From a virus: DNA of 64,000 nucleotides. Both the position numbers and the translations under genes were made by a program. The notes under the pieces were generated by a model. The model was not told where the DNA came from, did not search any database, and saw only the letters and a program-made list of their open reading frames with translations. Every line of letters begins with the position of its first letter. Position 1 is the first letter of the stretch. The stretch lies in the IMG/VR virus record IMGVR_UViG_3300035701_000003; one strand, 5' to 3'. This document shows, one piece after another, positions 61,641-64,000 of this stretch.

Positions 61641-64000
61641 ATGATACCTTCACGAAGTTTTTATAGTATTTCCCACAGAACGAGAGAGATACTAAATTCT
61701 ATCAATTCTGTATTGAAAAACAATGAACCATTACCTATTTTATCTACCATAAAAAGCGAACCTCCGATTGTTAAATCCTCCCCTGATAAGATTAATTTTA
61801 AAGATGCTATAGAGAGTAAGCGATTTTCCTATATAGGAATGTCTCTATACAAGGGAGCAAGCGAAGATGGTAATATAGGTAGAATATGGGTTAAGAAAGA
61901 GATTATAGACCCTAAGACGGGTGAGAAGCAGGAATGGTTAGTAACGTATACTACAGACGAAGATGACTTAGTTTATTCATTGGCAAGCAAGAGAATGAAG
62001 AAAATTGCTGACTACGGCCCTTTCGGAGTAGACGAACTTAAACATACTCAAGAAGGTATTGATAAAGCCGTTCAAGGTTTAGATATGCCTGAACTCGAAG
62101 ATACTGTTAACCCTCTCAAAGTACCTACTACTGACGCAGAAGCGAGAGATAGTACGGGGCATCAAGTACAGATGGGAAATGTAGTAGAGAATGAATTTAA
62201 TAAGCAAGGCGAAGTAGTTGATATATTAGGGCCTGACAAATTAGTTGTTAAATGGATGGATAAACCTTATAGTGAAGGCGAGATGGGAGATACTATAGCA
62301 TCAAGTGATATAGTAGTGGTTGGCTCTCAGAAGACAGCTTTTGATTACCGTGAAAATCTAATGAAAGGCTATAAGAAGCCATTGCCCGAATTGCAACCTG
62401 GTGATAGGGTAGAAGATACAAGAACAAAGAATATTGGTCTGGTAAAGGATATACAAGGAGATCTTGTAGAAGTAGATATGGGCACACATTCAATGAAAGT
62501 GCCTATAAGCGCAATAAACAAGCTGAGTGCTTTAAACAAACATAGTGTGAATATACAGATTATACCTGTTACTAGCTGGCAAAGAGGTAAGGTTGATCCT
62601 ACCGAATATGATGCCACTACTGATACTATAAGGGTTAGAGGGGATTATGATGTAAATAATGATCCTGCCGGATGGATGGTACACGAAAAGGTACACGCAA
62701 CATTAGCTGCAGCCGGTCAACAAAACAACTCAGGGAATTACCCCGATAATCCTATAGAGGAAAGAGCTTATAAAACACAATTTAATTATTTGAAATCTTT
62801 AGGACATACTTTTGATGATATATTTCAAATACCTACTATGGAACATAAAGCGCCTTATAGAAATATATTTGCAAAATGGTGGAACGCATCTTCTCCTCAA
62901 CAGCTTCCTACTTTAAGAACAGCCGGACAACCTAAACCGCAGGATATACCTATTGCGCCCGGTATCAAATCCAAGAATATTACAATGGATGAATCAGGTG
63001 GTGGAGGAACAGCGAAGGTTACAGTAGAGTTCAGTGACGTGAATAAAGGTTTGCAATTTTATCAAGAAGAAGTAGGACAACCACAAGCTCCACCTAAACC
63101 TCCTGAACAACCTAAAGAAGAAGAGAAACCCGAAGCCTCCGCGGAACAAGGACCCCCTCCCGTGCAAGGTCCTCAGTTACCTAATTTACCTACAGCGCGT
63201 TTGAAGTTTAATTTACAAGTTATCAGTAAAGTAGTCCACAGAAAAGACGGTTGGCATGTAGTTAGCGAAGAAGGAAAGAACTTAGGAGGCCCTTACCCTG
63301 AGAAAAAGAAGGCTATTAAAAGACTAAAACAAGTAGAATACTTTAAACATCATGGAAGCGCTGATGTAGTTAAAATGGATGTTCCATTTTTAATTAGGGA
63401 AATGGAATACTCTAAAGAAGATGCTAAAACTGATCAAGACTTACATAAAGCTACGGAGAATATGATTGATGAAGGCGATAAAGTATTAGAAATGAGTGAT
63501 TACGATAAGATATTTGATAAACCTAAGAAAGGTTCATTAAAGTTATCTTGGCAAGAACAAGGGCCAGGTGAAGATTTTCATCAAAACTTAGTGGATGAAG
63601 CCTATGATTTATGGCAGAAACCAGAGAATAATTGGAATAAAGACCAGTTTCTCCAGAACCTTCCTTCTCAAGCACACAGAGACGCTGTAATATTAGGTAA
63701 TCTTAACTATCAAGTAGGTAATGGGGGTTTTGAGCAATGGTTTGGTAATGATTATGGAGATAGAGATGCTGAATATTTAATAGGTACTTTACTTCCTGCT
63801 ATCGGTACCCCATCCGCTAAGAGAGTCATGTACTTAGTAGAGGAAGCTTACGACCTACGTGAAGAATATGATCCTTACGAAGGAGAACCTAACGAAGACG
63901 CCTCGAACGATTTAGACAATCTAGATAGCGAATATTATGCTATAGATGATGAGTTTATGAAAGATGTCAACCAATATTTATATAAACTAAAGATTCAAGG
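61641..64000 (+). CDS. Large multi-domain protein (at least 786 aa, runs off the window; absent from the track)
   Basis: Manual translation from the ATG at 61641 (RBS GAGGA) has no stop to the window end. It contains two SH3/KOW-like units, HEKVH...NP.EERAY zincin, a Pro-rich linker and a DMP19/DUF4375-like LNYQVGNGGFEQWF. Confidence 0.9.
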   Translation, partial: MIPSRSFYSISHRTREILNSINSVLKNNEPLPILSTIKSEPPIVKSSPDKINFKDAIESKRFSYIGMSLYKGASEDGNIGRIWVKKEIIDPKTGEKQEWLVTYTTDEDDLVYSLASKRMKKIADYGPFGVDELKHTQEGIDKAVQGLDMPELEDTVNPLKVPTTDAEARDSTGHQVQMGNVVENEFNKQGEVVDILGPDKLVVKWMDKPYSEGEMGDTIASSDIVVVGSQKTAFDYRENLMKGYKKPLPELQPGDRVEDTRTKNIGLVKDIQGDLVEVDMGTHSMKVPISAINKLSALNKHSVNIQIIPVTSWQRGKVDPTEYDATTDTIRVRGDYDVNNDPAGWMVHEKVHATLAAAGQQNNSGNYPDNPIEERAYKTQFNYLKSLGHTFDDIFQIPTMEHKAPYRNIFAKWWNASSPQQLPTLRTAGQPKPQDIPIAPGIKSKNITMDESGGGGTAKVTVEFSDVNKGLQFYQEEVGQPQAPPKPPEQPKEEEKPEASAEQGPPPVQGPQLPNLPTARLKFNLQVISKVVHRKDGWHVVSEEGKNLGGPYPEKKKAIKRLKQVEYFKHHGSADVVKMDVPFLIREMEYSKEDAKTDQDLHKATENMIDEGDKVLEMSDYDKIFDKPKKGSLKLSWQEQGPGEDFHQNLVDEAYDLWQKPENNWNKDQFLQNLPSQAHRDAVILGNLNYQVGNGGFEQWFGNDYGDRDAEYLIGTLLPAIGTPSAKRVMYLVEEAYDLREEYDPYEGEPNEDASNDLDNLDSEYYAIDDEFMKDVNQYLYKLKIQ

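Noticed and set aside
115-62617. Minus-strand and nested track ORFs (e.g. 115-324, 2941-3162, 22881-23216, 59187-59675, 62293-62617)
   Set aside because: They overlap well-supported + strand genes, lack RBS and motifs, and look like antisense shadows of AT-rich coding DNA.
1-64000. tRNA, rRNA or CRISPR arrays
   Set aside because: No cloverleaf/T-loop signatures or regularly spaced repeat-spacer units were seen by eye. Intergenic gaps are short. A covariance-model scan was not run.
1-64000. Stop-codon reassignment (code 15 or 4) as in some large phages
   Set aside because: Conserved genes are full length in the standard code, and both TAG and TGA end genes at expected positions.

Overview
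This is a 64 kb AT-rich segment of a large contractile-tailed (myovirus-like) phage genome. Essentially all genes are on the + strand, tightly packed, with GGAG-type ribosome binding sites and the standard genetic code. Replication, recombination and nucleotide genes include a class II RNR, SF2 helicase, DnaC-like loader, DnaB, a primase split over two genes, a UDG-fused PolA with an intein, a 5'-3' exonuclease, RecA, SSB, a Holliday junction resolvase, dUTPase and SbcCD. There are two sigma-like factors, three DNA methyltransferase-type genes and a tail module (sheath, tube, chaperones, tape measure, hub, amidase). A dispersed 7-deazaguanine (preQ0) pathway is present: FolE2, QueD, QueE, QueC and a TGT/DpdA-like protein. 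Highlights: (1) recA is fractured by an atypically split intein (23-aa N-fragment, 133-aa C-fragment) with a free-standing Vsr/DUF559-like endonuclease gene between the halves; (2) the deazaguanine system has two unexplained companions, a catalytically degenerate FolE2 paralogue coupled to queE and a DUF6884-like/methyltransferase fusion with a DPAW motif; (3) SbcC/Rad50 is cut into three genes at its zinc hook; (4) an 86-bp near-perfect inverted repeat pair lies about 32 kb apart; (5) an ORF missed by the track (61641 to the window end, at least 786 aa) looks like a multi-domain polyprotein with SH3-like, HExxH zincin and DMP19-like domains; (6) a small gene resembles an Ignavibacteria/Rhodothermus-type protein and may hint at the host. 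All family assignments come from motif recognition by eye; no database search was run.
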